Source of the DNA: Thermoplasmatota archaeon
GTDB taxonomy: Archaea; Thermoplasmatota; Penumbrarchaeia; Penumbrarchaeales; Penumbrarchaeaceae
Length of the DNA: 64,000 bases
Direction: 5' to 3'
NCBI GenBank assembly: GCA_965234725.1
Contig: CBDDUX010000003.1
Span: 1-64,000 of the forward strand
Positions 1 through 9,778 of this stretch are shown here, piece after piece; within the stretch, counting starts at the first letter, position 1; the number at the start of each line of letters is the position of its first letter. The notes below the pieces were generated by a model. It made no database searches and was not told where the DNA came from. It saw only the letters and a list, made by a program, of their open reading frames with translations. The position numbers were made by a program, and so were the translations under genes.

Positions 1-66
1 TATATTTTGCTGATATCTGATTAAATCACTCATCAACTAACGAAGTAGTACTAATAAATAGATATA

Positions 67-207
67 AATGGGGTATCCACTTTACTCCTAAAAGTTTTAT
101 GATATAATGGCATATAACGGCAGATATTATCTAAAATATATTGATATATAAATATCTTTGTAATTGCAGATTTCATGTGTCTTTGGGAGCTAAGTGGATA
201 CCCCAAT
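67..207. mobile_element. 141-bp MITE, copy 1
   Basis: Imperfect terminal inverted repeats AATGGGGTATCCACTTTACTCCTAAA / rc ATTGGGGTATCCACTTAGCTCCCAAA (22/26). Flanked by 8-bp direct repeat TAGATATA (59-66, 208-215). Identical to 7039-7179. Confidence 0.92.
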
Positions 208-509
208 TAGATATATATTTCACTGAAAAGTGATAGATTTTTTGGTGAATAGGATATTCATAAATTACAGTATACGATTATATGCCTTAAATAAGCCTAT
301 TTATATCATATTATTAATTTTTTTTAATATATTTAAATTAGCACAGATCAATATAATTAAGATAATATTTTAATACCTTATTAGATTTAAAAAATATGTC
401 TATCTCCTAAGGTCGTTGCTAATCTGATCTCTATTCATAGAGAGAGATGATGGAAGGCGCGACTCTTTTAGTTAATATGCTATAAATATAATATATAGGA
501 GAATGTAAT

Positions 510-2159
510 ATGAAAAATAATCAATATTCAATTAGCCCAAAAGGTGAGAGATTCAGAATTCCAGTAGAAGATGAATATTTTGAAGAATATCATCGAATAA
601 AAAGTTTAGTAGAAAAGCATCGAAATAATGGTAAGGAAATTGTTGTTGTTATGGGAGTTGGATTCGTAGGTATAGTAATGGCCGCTGTTGTAGCAGATTC
701 AAAAACCCCTGATGGGAATCATTCAAAATTTGTAATAGGTATGCAAAGGCCATCCGTTCGAAGTTACTGGAAAATTCCAGTCATAAATAAAGGATTATCA
801 CCAGTTAAATCAGAAGATCCAGAAGTTGATATTTTAATTAACAGGTGTGTTAATGAAGTAGAAAACTTAATAGCGACTTATACATATGAAGTATTATCGT
901 TAGCAGATATTGTGGTAGTTGATGTTCAATGTGATTATTTGAAAGAAGAATTAGGAAATGTTGTATCTGGAAAAGCGGAGATGGAAGCTCTTGAAGATTC
1001 AATAGAAATCATTGCCGATAAAATATCTCCAGATTGTTTGGTTTTAATTGAAACAACAGTTGCTCCAGGGACTACTGAACAAGTTGCATATCCAATAATC
1101 AAAAAGAAATTTGAAAAGCGTGGAATAAATACAGAACCTTTATTAGCTCACAGTTATGAAAGAGTAATGCCTGGAAAAGATTATGTTAAATCTATCCGTG
1201 ATTTCTGGAGAGTATGTTCGGGAGTTAATAATGAATCAAAACGAAGAGTTAAAAAATTTTTAGAAGAGGTACTTAATACAGAAGATTATCCTTTAACAGT
1301 TTTAGATAGACCTATTGAATCAGAAACTTCAAAGATTATAGAAAACTCCTACAGAGCGACTATTTTAGCATTCCTTGATGAATGGTCACTTTTTGCTGAA
1401 AGGAATGAAGTTGATTTAAAAAAGGTAATCGATGCAATAAAAGTTAGACCCACCCATTCAAATATAATCTTTCCAGGACCTGGAATTGGCGGATATTGTC
1501 TACCTAAGGATGGAGGATTGGGTGTTTGGTCATATAAACATATTTTTGGCTGGGAGGATGATATTTTTTCCATTACTCCACTAGCAATTGATATTAATGA
1601 CACACGTGCACTCCATGTTGGTACACTAGTAAGAGATGCATTAAGAAATATGGGTAAACCAATTGCAGCTTCAGAAGTTCTAATATTAGGAGCATCATAT
1701 AGAGAAGATGTAGGAGATACTAGATATAGTGGTTCTGAGATAATTGTCAGAAAATTAACAGAAATGGGTGCCTCTGTATCAGTAATGGATCCTTATGTAG
1801 ATCATTGGTGGGAGTTAGAAAATCAAGATTTTTATCCTCATCCTGACTATAGTTGGAAAAGGTTTTTCGAAAGGCAGGAAGATTTATCAAGTATACTAAT
1901 TAAAAATAATATTTGGGATTCACTTGAAGGGGTGGACGCAGTTGTCTTGGCTGTTAGGCATGAGCATTTCTTGAATCTAAATCCAGAAAAGGTGTTCAAA
2001 GCTGTAGGGAAACCATTCGCTATTATTGATTGTTTTTGTATATTAAATGATGAAGATATAAAAAAATATTTTTCTCTTGGTTGTGAAGTTAAAGGGATGG
2101 GAAGAGGACATATTAATAGAATTAAAAGAAATGTAAGAAAGGATTCATATAATAGATAA
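510..2159 (+). CDS. Nucleotide-sugar (UDP-Glc/GDP-Man/UDP-ManNAc family) dehydrogenase
   Basis: GVGFVG Rossmann motif, ETTVAPGTT, GPGIGGYCLPKD catalytic Cys, GASYREDVGDTRYS. Confidence 0.92.
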   Translation: MKNNQYSISPKGERFRIPVEDEYFEEYHRIKSLVEKHRNNGKEIVVVMGVGFVGIVMAAVVADSKTPDGNHSKFVIGMQRPSVRSYWKIPVINKGLSPVKSEDPEVDILINRCVNEVENLIATYTYEVLSLADIVVVDVQCDYLKEELGNVVSGKAEMEALEDSIEIIADKISPDCLVLIETTVAPGTTEQVAYPIIKKKFEKRGINTEPLLAHSYERVMPGKDYVKSIRDFWRVCSGVNNESKRRVKKFLEEVLNTEDYPLTVLDRPIESETSKIIENSYRATILAFLDEWSLFAERNEVDLKKVIDAIKVRPTHSNIIFPGPGIGGYCLPKDGGLGVWSYKHIFGWEDDIFSITPLAIDINDTRALHVGTLVRDALRNMGKPIAASEVLILGASYREDVGDTRYSGSEIIVRKLTEMGASVSVMDPYVDHWWELENQDFYPHPDYSWKRFFERQEDLSSILIKNNIWDSLEGVDAVVLAVRHEHFLNLNPEKVFKAVGKPFAIIDCFCILNDEDIKKYFSLGCEVKGMGRGHINRIKRNVRKDSYNR

Positions 2160-2183
2160 TGTATAAATATCAAAATATTATTA

Positions 2184-2483
2184 TTGAGGATGAGTGAGAA
2201 ATTGAATGTGACTAATAATAAAATAAAAAAATATGTAAAAGAATTTATTATCATGAATTTTAATTATTCAATTAATAAAGATAGTTTAAATGATGATTCA
2301 TCATTCATTGATAATGGTATCATTGATTCTACCGGCGTACTTGAATTAATAGATTTTATTGAAGAAAAATTTAAGATAATAATAGAAAATGATGAAGTAA
2401 TTCCAGAAAATCTTGATTCTATAAATAATATTGTAAAGTATATCAAATCAAAAAACATTTCTGAAATCAGTTTGAAATATTGA
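2184..2483 (+). CDS. Acyl/aminoacyl carrier protein
   Basis: Small acidic core with GIIDSTGVLEL phosphopantetheine-Ser motif and PENLDSI tail; start may be 2190. Confidence 0.9.
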   Translation: MRMSEKLNVTNNKIKKYVKEFIIMNFNYSINKDSLNDDSSFIDNGIIDSTGVLELIDFIEEKFKIIIENDEVIPENLDSINNIVKYIKSKNISEISLKY

Positions 2484-2497
2484 TATAATGTGATAAT

Positions 2498-3466
2498 ATG
2501 AATAAAACTTTATCATACGATTTATTAAATATAAATCCTGAAATAGAATCAAAAAGATTAGAAGAATTTGTAAAAGTATCTGTTAACAAAAAATTAAAGA
2601 AAAAAGGTGTAATTATTGGTTTATCTGGTGGAATTGATAGCTCCTTATGTGGAGCAATATGTACAAAAGCGTTAGGAAAAGATAATGTGATAGGAATTTT
2701 TTCTCCAGAAAAAGAAAGTGAAGATGAAACTAATGTATTAGGAAAAGAAATTGCTGATCACTTAGATATAAAAGTAATTCATGAGGATATTACAGAAGTA
2801 CTTTCAAGTTTGAAATGCTATGAAAGAAGAAATGAGGCTATTCGAAGAATAATCCCTGGTTTTAAAGATAGTTGGGGGATTAAGATAATACAACCAAATC
2901 CTATCACATCAAATATGCTTAATGTCCCAATTATTGTCGTAAGAGATGATGATAATAATGAAATAAAAAAAAGAGTAGACCTTAAGTCCTATCTGCAAAT
3001 AGTATCAGCATCTAATTTTAAGCAAAGAGTAAGAAAAATAATAGAATATTATCATGCAGAAAGACTTAATTATTCTGTTGTTGGAACACCTAATTTCCTA
3101 GAATATGATCTGGGTTTTTTTGTAAAATATGGAGATGGTGCAGCAGATATTAAACCAATTTCACATTTATATAAATCGCAAGTTTTTCAACTTGGAAAGT
3201 ATTACAAAATTCCTGAAAAAATATTAAATAGAATTCCAACTACCGATACTTATTCATTGCCCCAAACACAAGAGGAATTTTATTTCTCTTTACCACTTCA
3301 AAAAATGGATATTTCATTGTATGCCTATAATAATAGTTATTCATTCAAAGAGTTAAGTACATTTTTATCAATTCCAGAGCAAATAGCTAGAAAAATATTC
3401 AATGACATAAAAAATAAAAAAAATATTTCTAATTTATTACTTACTCAACCCTTAGTATTAAATTAA
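2498..3466 (+). CDS. NadE-like ATP pyrophosphatase / amide ligase (glycan-cluster variant)
   Basis: GLSGGIDSS PP-loop, NFKQRVR, GTPN, GFFVKYGDGAADIKPI, PTTD. Confidence 0.85.
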   Translation: MNKTLSYDLLNINPEIESKRLEEFVKVSVNKKLKKKGVIIGLSGGIDSSLCGAICTKALGKDNVIGIFSPEKESEDETNVLGKEIADHLDIKVIHEDITEVLSSLKCYERRNEAIRRIIPGFKDSWGIKIIQPNPITSNMLNVPIIVVRDDDNNEIKKRVDLKSYLQIVSASNFKQRVRKIIEYYHAERLNYSVVGTPNFLEYDLGFFVKYGDGAADIKPISHLYKSQVFQLGKYYKIPEKILNRIPTTDTYSLPQTQEEFYFSLPLQKMDISLYAYNNSYSFKELSTFLSIPEQIARKIFNDIKNKKNISNLLLTQPLVLN

Positions 3467-3479
3467 TGAGTGTGGAATT

Positions 3480-4325
3480 GTGTATGAAAATTTTTTATTT
3501 ATTTATAAAATACTTACTGATGAAGGATTTGACGATTCTTTATATGAAACTCTCAATATTCTAAAATTTTTAAAAAATGATATATTTAATGATATAAATA
3601 TAGATGGTTTAAATGAAAGTAATTTCAATTTATATAATTTTATAAAGAAAAGGAAAGAGCATATACCTATAGAGTATATTTTTAATAAGGCTTATTTTAT
3701 GGAGAGATCTTTTCATTGCTCAAAAGATACACTTATACCCACATTTCATACAAAAATTATGGTAGAAAAAGTTATTGAATTAATTAATGATAATAAAAGA
3801 AAAATATTCAAAATAATTGATATGGGGACTGGTTGTTGTAATATTGCTTTATCAATAGCTTTAGAATGTAAAAATTGTAAATTATATGCTACTGATATTT
3901 CTGAAAAAGCAATAAAGATTGCAAAAAAAAATGTCGATAAATACAATTTGAATAGTAGAATATTTTTATTTTCAGGGGATATGTATGAACCATTTTCTAA
4001 TTCTGAAATAAAGGGTGAAATTGATATTATTGTTTGTAATCCACCTTATATACCAACTGACTCCATTGAGCATTTACCAGATGAAATTAAAAAATATGAG
4101 CCAATCATAGCTCTTGATGCGGGTCCATATGGATTAAATTTTTTTAACAGATTATTAAATGAGTCAAGTAATTTTCTCATTCATAAAGGAATTTTAATAT
4201 TTGAAATTGGAGAGGGTCAAGAGAGGTTAATTTTAAGATTAATAAAAAATAATAATACTTTTATTTTCAAAGATTTTATACAATACCATTCTAAACCAAG
4301 ATTTATTATTTGTGAAAAAAAATAA
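3480..4325 (+). CDS. PrmC/HemK-like SAM-dependent N-methyltransferase
   Basis: PIEYI, TLIP, DMGTGCCNIA, CNPPYI, EIGEGQ motifs. Confidence 0.85.
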   Translation: MYENFLFIYKILTDEGFDDSLYETLNILKFLKNDIFNDINIDGLNESNFNLYNFIKKRKEHIPIEYIFNKAYFMERSFHCSKDTLIPTFHTKIMVEKVIELINDNKRKIFKIIDMGTGCCNIALSIALECKNCKLYATDISEKAIKIAKKNVDKYNLNSRIFLFSGDMYEPFSNSEIKGEIDIIVCNPPYIPTDSIEHLPDEIKKYEPIIALDAGPYGLNFFNRLLNESSNFLIHKGILIFEIGEGQERLILRLIKNNNTFIFKDFIQYHSKPRFIICEKK

Positions 4326-4348
4326 TTGAATATTTAGGATGTTTAATA

Positions 4349-5989
4349 ATGTCTATATTTATCTTGCATTCTAATAATATGAACATTAATAAAGATATGA
4401 TAAATAAAATAAATAAAAATATGGAGCCATATAATATTAGTTATCCTTCTCCCTTAATAATCAAAAATAATGAATATAGTATAGTATTAATAAATAAAAA
4501 CAAATCCATAGATATTTCTAATGAAGGCATCCTTATAGGAAAAATAAATAAGGCAACATCTCAGAAGTGGAATAATATTAGAAGTCCTGCACCCTCAGGT
4601 ACATATATTATCATTAGGTATAAAAATGAAGAGTTAGAAATTTTATCAGATTTTATTGGATCTAACACAGTTTATTATTATTATTATAAAGACAAATATA
4701 TAATTTCAAACTCTATAAGGGCTATAGTTATGTTACTTGGAAGTTTTGTATTAAATAATGAAGTCATATCTTGGTATATTTCATGTGGAAACATGGGTCC
4801 ATTACTATGCTGGGATAAAAGAATAAAGGTACTACCATATAATTCTAAAATTTATATTAAAAATAATCAGTTAAAAATAATACTTGGAGAAAGGTTCTCA
4901 TTTAATAAGAAAACTAATGAAAAACAGAAAATTAAGTTAACAATCAAAAATATTATAGATAATATTTTAGAAAATATAAATTTTAACAAAAATGAAAGAT
5001 GGATCATTCCATTATCTGGAGGATATGATAGTAGGTATTTAATGCTTTTTTATAAAAATAAATTTGATTATATTACATGGGGATTAAAAGATAATGAGAA
5101 TAAAAAAGGAACCGATGCAAATATTTCTAATTTATTAAAATGTAAATATAAATTAAATCATCTTTATGAAAATGTAAATCCTGTTGAAGATTTTAATAAT
5201 TTTTTAGATAATTTTGTTTCAATAAGTGAGGGAAGAGTAGATCATATCTTTGGATACCTTGATAATTTTAATATTTGGAAAGAATTATATAATAAAAATT
5301 ATGATGGAATTATTAGGGGAGATGAGAATTTTGGTTTTTCTAATATGAAATCAGAAAAAAGTGCACAAGGAAAAAATGGATTTCATAGAATAAAAGATAA
5401 CAAATTATTAAAGAAATATTTACCAAATAACGAATTACCAAAACAATATAAAAGGAAAGATAATGAAGAATTAAACGATTTTGCTGATAGATTTTATCAT
5501 GAATTTAGGTACCCAATGATAAGTAGTTCATTAAATTTCATAAAGTCTAAATATATTGAAGTTATTAATCCTTATTTGTTTAATGAATTATTAGATTATA
5601 TTTCTACATTACCAGTAGAATATCGCATTAATAAGATTATATTTAAAGAAATTGTAGATGAATTGGAAAATGATATACCTATTGCATCATATCCTTCCAT
5701 CGGAAACCAAGAATTGTTATTCAATAATGACAATATAAAATCATATTTTGTTGAAAATATTAAAAATGTAAGATTTCCTTATTTTAATAATAATTTTCAA
5801 AGTAAAATTGTTAAAAATTTTTTATTAAATAAATATTATAAAAAAATATTAACAATAAAAAAGAAAGTTATTGAAAAATTATTTAATACAAGAGAACTTG
5901 ATATTAATATAATTGTTTTAAGAATAATTTTAATAAATAAAATAATATTATTATATAATAGTGATTCTAAAATAATTAATAATAAATAG
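4349..5989 (+). CDS. Asparagine synthase-like (AsnB-like) amide ligase lacking N-terminal Cys
   Basis: SDFIGSNTVYY, PLSGGYDSR PP-loop, RGDENFG, NPYL..ELLDYISTLP. Confidence 0.75.
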   Translation: MSIFILHSNNMNINKDMINKINKNMEPYNISYPSPLIIKNNEYSIVLINKNKSIDISNEGILIGKINKATSQKWNNIRSPAPSGTYIIIRYKNEELEILSDFIGSNTVYYYYYKDKYIISNSIRAIVMLLGSFVLNNEVISWYISCGNMGPLLCWDKRIKVLPYNSKIYIKNNQLKIILGERFSFNKKTNEKQKIKLTIKNIIDNILENINFNKNERWIIPLSGGYDSRYLMLFYKNKFDYITWGLKDNENKKGTDANISNLLKCKYKLNHLYENVNPVEDFNNFLDNFVSISEGRVDHIFGYLDNFNIWKELYNKNYDGIIRGDENFGFSNMKSEKSAQGKNGFHRIKDNKLLKKYLPNNELPKQYKRKDNEELNDFADRFYHEFRYPMISSSLNFIKSKYIEVINPYLFNELLDYISTLPVEYRINKIIFKEIVDELENDIPIASYPSIGNQELLFNNDNIKSYFVENIKNVRFPYFNNNFQSKIVKNFLLNKYYKKILTIKKKVIEKLFNTRELDINIIVLRIILINKIILLYNSDSKIINNK

Positions 5990-6001
5990 AATGGTGATAT
6001 C

Positions 6002-6667
6002 TTGAAAAAATCTAAATATAAACCTAAAAAATTAATATTGAGAAAAATATTATATAATTTTAAAATAATAGGTAGAAAATTAGGTTTTTCTATTTCATTT
6101 GAAGATAAATTAAATGATTTTATTGCTAGAGGAATGAAAATAGGAAAAGATGTTATTATTTCGCCAGGAACAATGTTTGATGAATTATATCCATATTTAA
6201 TAAGTATTGGAGATAATTCTATTTTATGTACTGGTACAAGATTAATCTCTCACGATTCAACAATTATAAGTATGACTGGAGGTTACCTAAGGTTGGGTAA
6301 AATAGATATTAAAGAAAACTGTATTATTGGATTGAATGTTATTATTTTACCTGGAGTTACTATTGGTCCAAATGCAATTGTAGCATCAGGATCTGTTGTT
6401 AACAAAGATATTCCTCCCAATTCATGTGTTGCTGGTGTTCCAGCTAGATTTTATGCAAAATATCAAGATGTTCAAAATAAATATAAAGAAGAAATACAAA
6501 AAGGACCCGTTTTTCTATCTGTAGATTTATCAAAAGATGAAGATGAGTTTTTTATAGAAAGAAAACTTAATATAATTAAAAACTCACAAAAAGGAAATGT
6601 ATGGATCAAGGGAAGAGAAAGTAGAAATCCTAAAAAAGTTAAAGATAAGATATATGGTGATCATTAA
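6002..6667 (+). CDS. Hexapeptide-repeat (left-handed beta-helix) acyltransferase
   Basis: ISIGDNS, SHD, IILPGVTIGPNAIVASGSVVNKDIPPNSCVAGVPAR. Confidence 0.9.
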   Translation: MKKSKYKPKKLILRKILYNFKIIGRKLGFSISFEDKLNDFIARGMKIGKDVIISPGTMFDELYPYLISIGDNSILCTGTRLISHDSTIISMTGGYLRLGKIDIKENCIIGLNVIILPGVTIGPNAIVASGSVVNKDIPPNSCVAGVPARFYAKYQDVQNKYKEEIQKGPVFLSVDLSKDEDEFFIERKLNIIKNSQKGNVWIKGRESRNPKKVKDKIYGDH

Positions 6668-7300
6668 TAGTTATTATGATATTGTTGCAAATTACATCGA
6701 GATTATAGCTCCATTACTATCCAAAAGAATTATTGAATTTGCCAGAAGTCTTCCTGATGAATTTAAAAATAATAAGAAATTGTGGATTTCATATGTATCT
6801 GGATTTGATGATATTGTATTTACTAAGAATCCATCGATAGAAAATATTTATAAAATTGTAGAAAATAAACAATTTTTAAAAGTAATAATTAAAGAATTAA
6901 AAAAAGATGACACTTTTAAGTTGATTAATAACATATTATTAAAAGATGTTTTAAAGAGAGTAGATTTTTATAATATAAATATTATACATTCTATGAATAT
7001 TCTAAAAAGAATTATTTATAATAGAATATATTATATTAAATGGGGTATCCACTTTACTCCTAAAAGTTTTATGATATAATGGCATATAACGGCAGATATT
7101 ATCTAAAATATATTGATATATAAATATCTTTGTAATTGCAGATTTCATGTGTCTTTGGGAGCTAAGTGGATACCCCAATTTATATTAATAAGAAAATATT
7201 TAAAAGTAATAAAAATAAGGTAAATATAAATTATTATAGACTTGCTACGAGATTATATTTAATAAAAATGATAATATTATTATATGAAAATAATTCTTAA
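6655..7300 (+). pseudogene. C-terminal remnant of a second AsnB-like gene, interrupted by MITE copy 2
   Basis: YIEIIAPLL..IIEFARSLP matches YIEVINPYL..LLDYISTLP of 4349-5989. Removing the MITE plus one TSD restores the frame to ...RLYLIKMIILLYENNS* (stop 7298-7300), cf. ...RIILINKIILLYNSDS. 5' boundary approximate. Confidence 0.8.
7039..7179. mobile_element. 141-bp MITE, copy 2
   Basis: Identical to 67-207; flanked by its own 8-bp TSD TTATATTA (7031-7038, 7180-7187). Confidence 0.93.
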
Positions 7301-7311
7301 TTATTAAGAAA

Positions 7312-8499
7312 ATGAGGGGTTACATGAATTTATTAATTTATAGTACAAATTCTCCTTTTTACGAAATAACTGGTCCTAATATTGGAGGAGCAGAAGTTTC
7401 TTTAAGAACAATAGCTAAAGAGTATAGTTTATTAGGTAATAAAGTTATTTACTTTACAAAAGGGAAAAAATTTAAAAAAATTAAATTAGATAATATTAAT
7501 ATAATTGTTATAAGATATTTTAGTTTGCCTATAATTAATATATTATTCAATAATATCAGAAATTTTGAAAGATATATTGATGATTTATTAACAATAAGAT
7601 ATTTAAAATATATAATAAAAAAAGAAAATATTAAAATCATTCATACTTACGCTTCATATCCTGATACTTATTTAGCAATATTATCTGTAAAAAATTCCGA
7701 AATTCCTGTATGTCAAAGACTTGGCGGATTACGAGCTTTTGATCTTAAATACTATAAAAATAAAAATATTAAAAAGAAAATCATTTGGAGTTTAAATAAT
7801 GTAAACTATTTTTTACCTGTAACAAAATTTTTAAAAAATGAAATAATTAATAAAATTTATATTAAAAATGTAGAATCTCGAATTTTATCAGTAATAGATA
7901 TTGGTCAAGATATTGTTATAAACAATAATACAATAAAGAAAAATAATAATTTTATATTTATTTCTTCATTTAAAGAAGGTAAATTACATAATATAATATT
8001 AGAAGCTATATCTATATTAAAAAAAAAGAATATAAAAATTTATGTTTCATTTATTGGAGATGGTCCTAAACTTAAAGAAAGTAAAATATTAGCAGGAAAG
8101 TTAGAAATTAATAATTATGTAAAATTTTTAGGAAAAATGAAACGAAATGAAGTTATTTCTAAACTGAATGAATCATATGGATTATTACATGCAACAGAAA
8201 GTGAAGGATTATGCAAATCTATTTTGGAGGCAATGTGTTGTAAAGTTCCAGTGATTGCTTCAAACGTTCCTGCCATAAATGAATATGTTTCTAATGGTTT
8301 TTCAGGTATACTTGTTGATAATGATCCACATCAATTTTCAGATGCTATTGAAAAGTTGATTAATGATGATAATTATGCAGAATATTTATCTTATAATGGG
8401 TACTTTTATGTAAAGAGTAATTTAAATCCAAAAATTCAAATTAAAGAATATGATAATTTATTTAAAAAAATATATGAAGTAGTTCCATTGAACTCTTAA
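7312..8499 (+). CDS. Glycosyltransferase family 4
   Basis: GGAE N-terminal motif, IGDGP, EGLCKSILEAM (EX7E). Confidence 0.9.
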   Translation: MRGYMNLLIYSTNSPFYEITGPNIGGAEVSLRTIAKEYSLLGNKVIYFTKGKKFKKIKLDNINIIVIRYFSLPIINILFNNIRNFERYIDDLLTIRYLKYIIKKENIKIIHTYASYPDTYLAILSVKNSEIPVCQRLGGLRAFDLKYYKNKNIKKKIIWSLNNVNYFLPVTKFLKNEIINKIYIKNVESRILSVIDIGQDIVINNNTIKKNNNFIFISSFKEGKLHNIILEAISILKKKNIKIYVSFIGDGPKLKESKILAGKLEINNYVKFLGKMKRNEVISKLNESYGLLHATESEGLCKSILEAMCCKVPVIASNVPAINEYVSNGFSGILVDNDPHQFSDAIEKLINDDNYAEYLSYNGYFYVKSNLNPKIQIKEYDNLFKKIYEVVPLNS

Positions 8500-8661
8500 G
8501 ATATAATATTTATAATAAATAATTATTACTTTAATTAATAATATGATTAAATGGTATATATTTAGACAATATATCTTTATAATTTTATATTCTATACTCA
8601 ATTTATTTTTTTACTGTAAAGTTAACTATTTCAAAAAAATTATTACGGGGAATTGATTTAA

Positions 8662-9777
8662 ATGAAAATAATGTTAATTGGACCAGGTGGAAAAACCGGA
8701 GGTGCCTCCATTCATACAAGAATGGTAAAAAAATATCTTATACAAAAGGGACATATTGTAAAGTTTATTAATATTTATAATAATAAAGGCCAAACAACAT
8801 CCTTTTCTATAAATAATATATTTGATATTATCTATAAAATTATCAAAAGGGTTTTTATTATACCTATATATATTTTGGTTAATCATAAAAATTATGATAT
8901 AATTCATGTACAATCTTCTGGACCTATTGGTGGATTTTTACATGCAATAACTGCTTCCATATTAAGAAGTTTTATTAAATTTAATTTAATAATAACATTC
9001 CATTACTCAAAAACATCTTTATTTGTTAAAAAGTACCCTAATTTAATGAAATTTGTTATTAAGAATTGTTCTTTGTTTATTGTAGTATCTAAGAAACAAA
9101 AAAATATAATTGAAAAATATTCTTTAGAAAAATTTAGTAGCAAGGTAATTATTATCAATAATGGATTTGAAGAAGTAGAAATTGAAAAAATCAAAAATGT
9201 AGATATATTTTCTAAATACAAAATATCTAAAAATAGTAAAATATTAATTAATGTTGCTTGGCTTCTTGAAAAAAAAGGGCAAATATATTTAATTAAATCT
9301 ATTGAAATATTAATTAAAAAATATAAAAATAAAAATTTTCATTGTTTTATAATAGGTCAAGGTCCATTGTATACATATTTAGATGATTATATAAAGAAAA
9401 ATCAATTAGAAAAATTCATTACATTAACGAATTACATATCAAATAATGAATTATATTCCTTCTTTAATAAAGCAAATATTTTTGTATTATCTAGTTTAGA
9501 AGAAGGGAATCCCCTAGTAATGTTTGAGTCATTAGGATTCGGAATACCATTTATTTCTACAAATGTAGGGGGAATACCAGAAATTATAACTTCTGAAGAG
9601 TTAGGATTATTATGTGATCCAAAGGACATTGATCATTTAGCAAAAAATATAGATTTAGCATTAAATAAAAATTGGAATTATCAATACATTCAAAAGTATG
9701 GTTTGCAATATACATGGTCTAAAATAACCGATAATACCATAAAAGCTTATGAAAAAATTATATATGAAAGTGGATAA
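8662..9777 (+). CDS. Glycosyltransferase family 4
   Basis: TGGASIH, KKGQ, EGNPLVMFESL, TNVGGIPE. Confidence 0.9.
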   Translation: MKIMLIGPGGKTGGASIHTRMVKKYLIQKGHIVKFINIYNNKGQTTSFSINNIFDIIYKIIKRVFIIPIYILVNHKNYDIIHVQSSGPIGGFLHAITASILRSFIKFNLIITFHYSKTSLFVKKYPNLMKFVIKNCSLFIVVSKKQKNIIEKYSLEKFSSKVIIINNGFEEVEIEKIKNVDIFSKYKISKNSKILINVAWLLEKKGQIYLIKSIEILIKKYKNKNFHCFIIGQGPLYTYLDDYIKKNQLEKFITLTNYISNNELYSFFNKANIFVLSSLEEGNPLVMFESLGFGIPFISTNVGGIPEIITSEELGLLCDPKDIDHLAKNIDLALNKNWNYQYIQKYGLQYTWSKITDNTIKAYEKIIYESG

Positions 9778-9778
9778 A

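Noticed and set aside
67-7179. Composite transposon bounded by the two MITEs
   Set aside because: Each copy has its own different TSD on both sides, indicating independent insertions.
67-7179. CRISPR array or integron attC sites
   Set aside because: Only two 141-bp copies 7 kb apart with TIR/TSD hallmarks; no spacers, cas genes or integrase.
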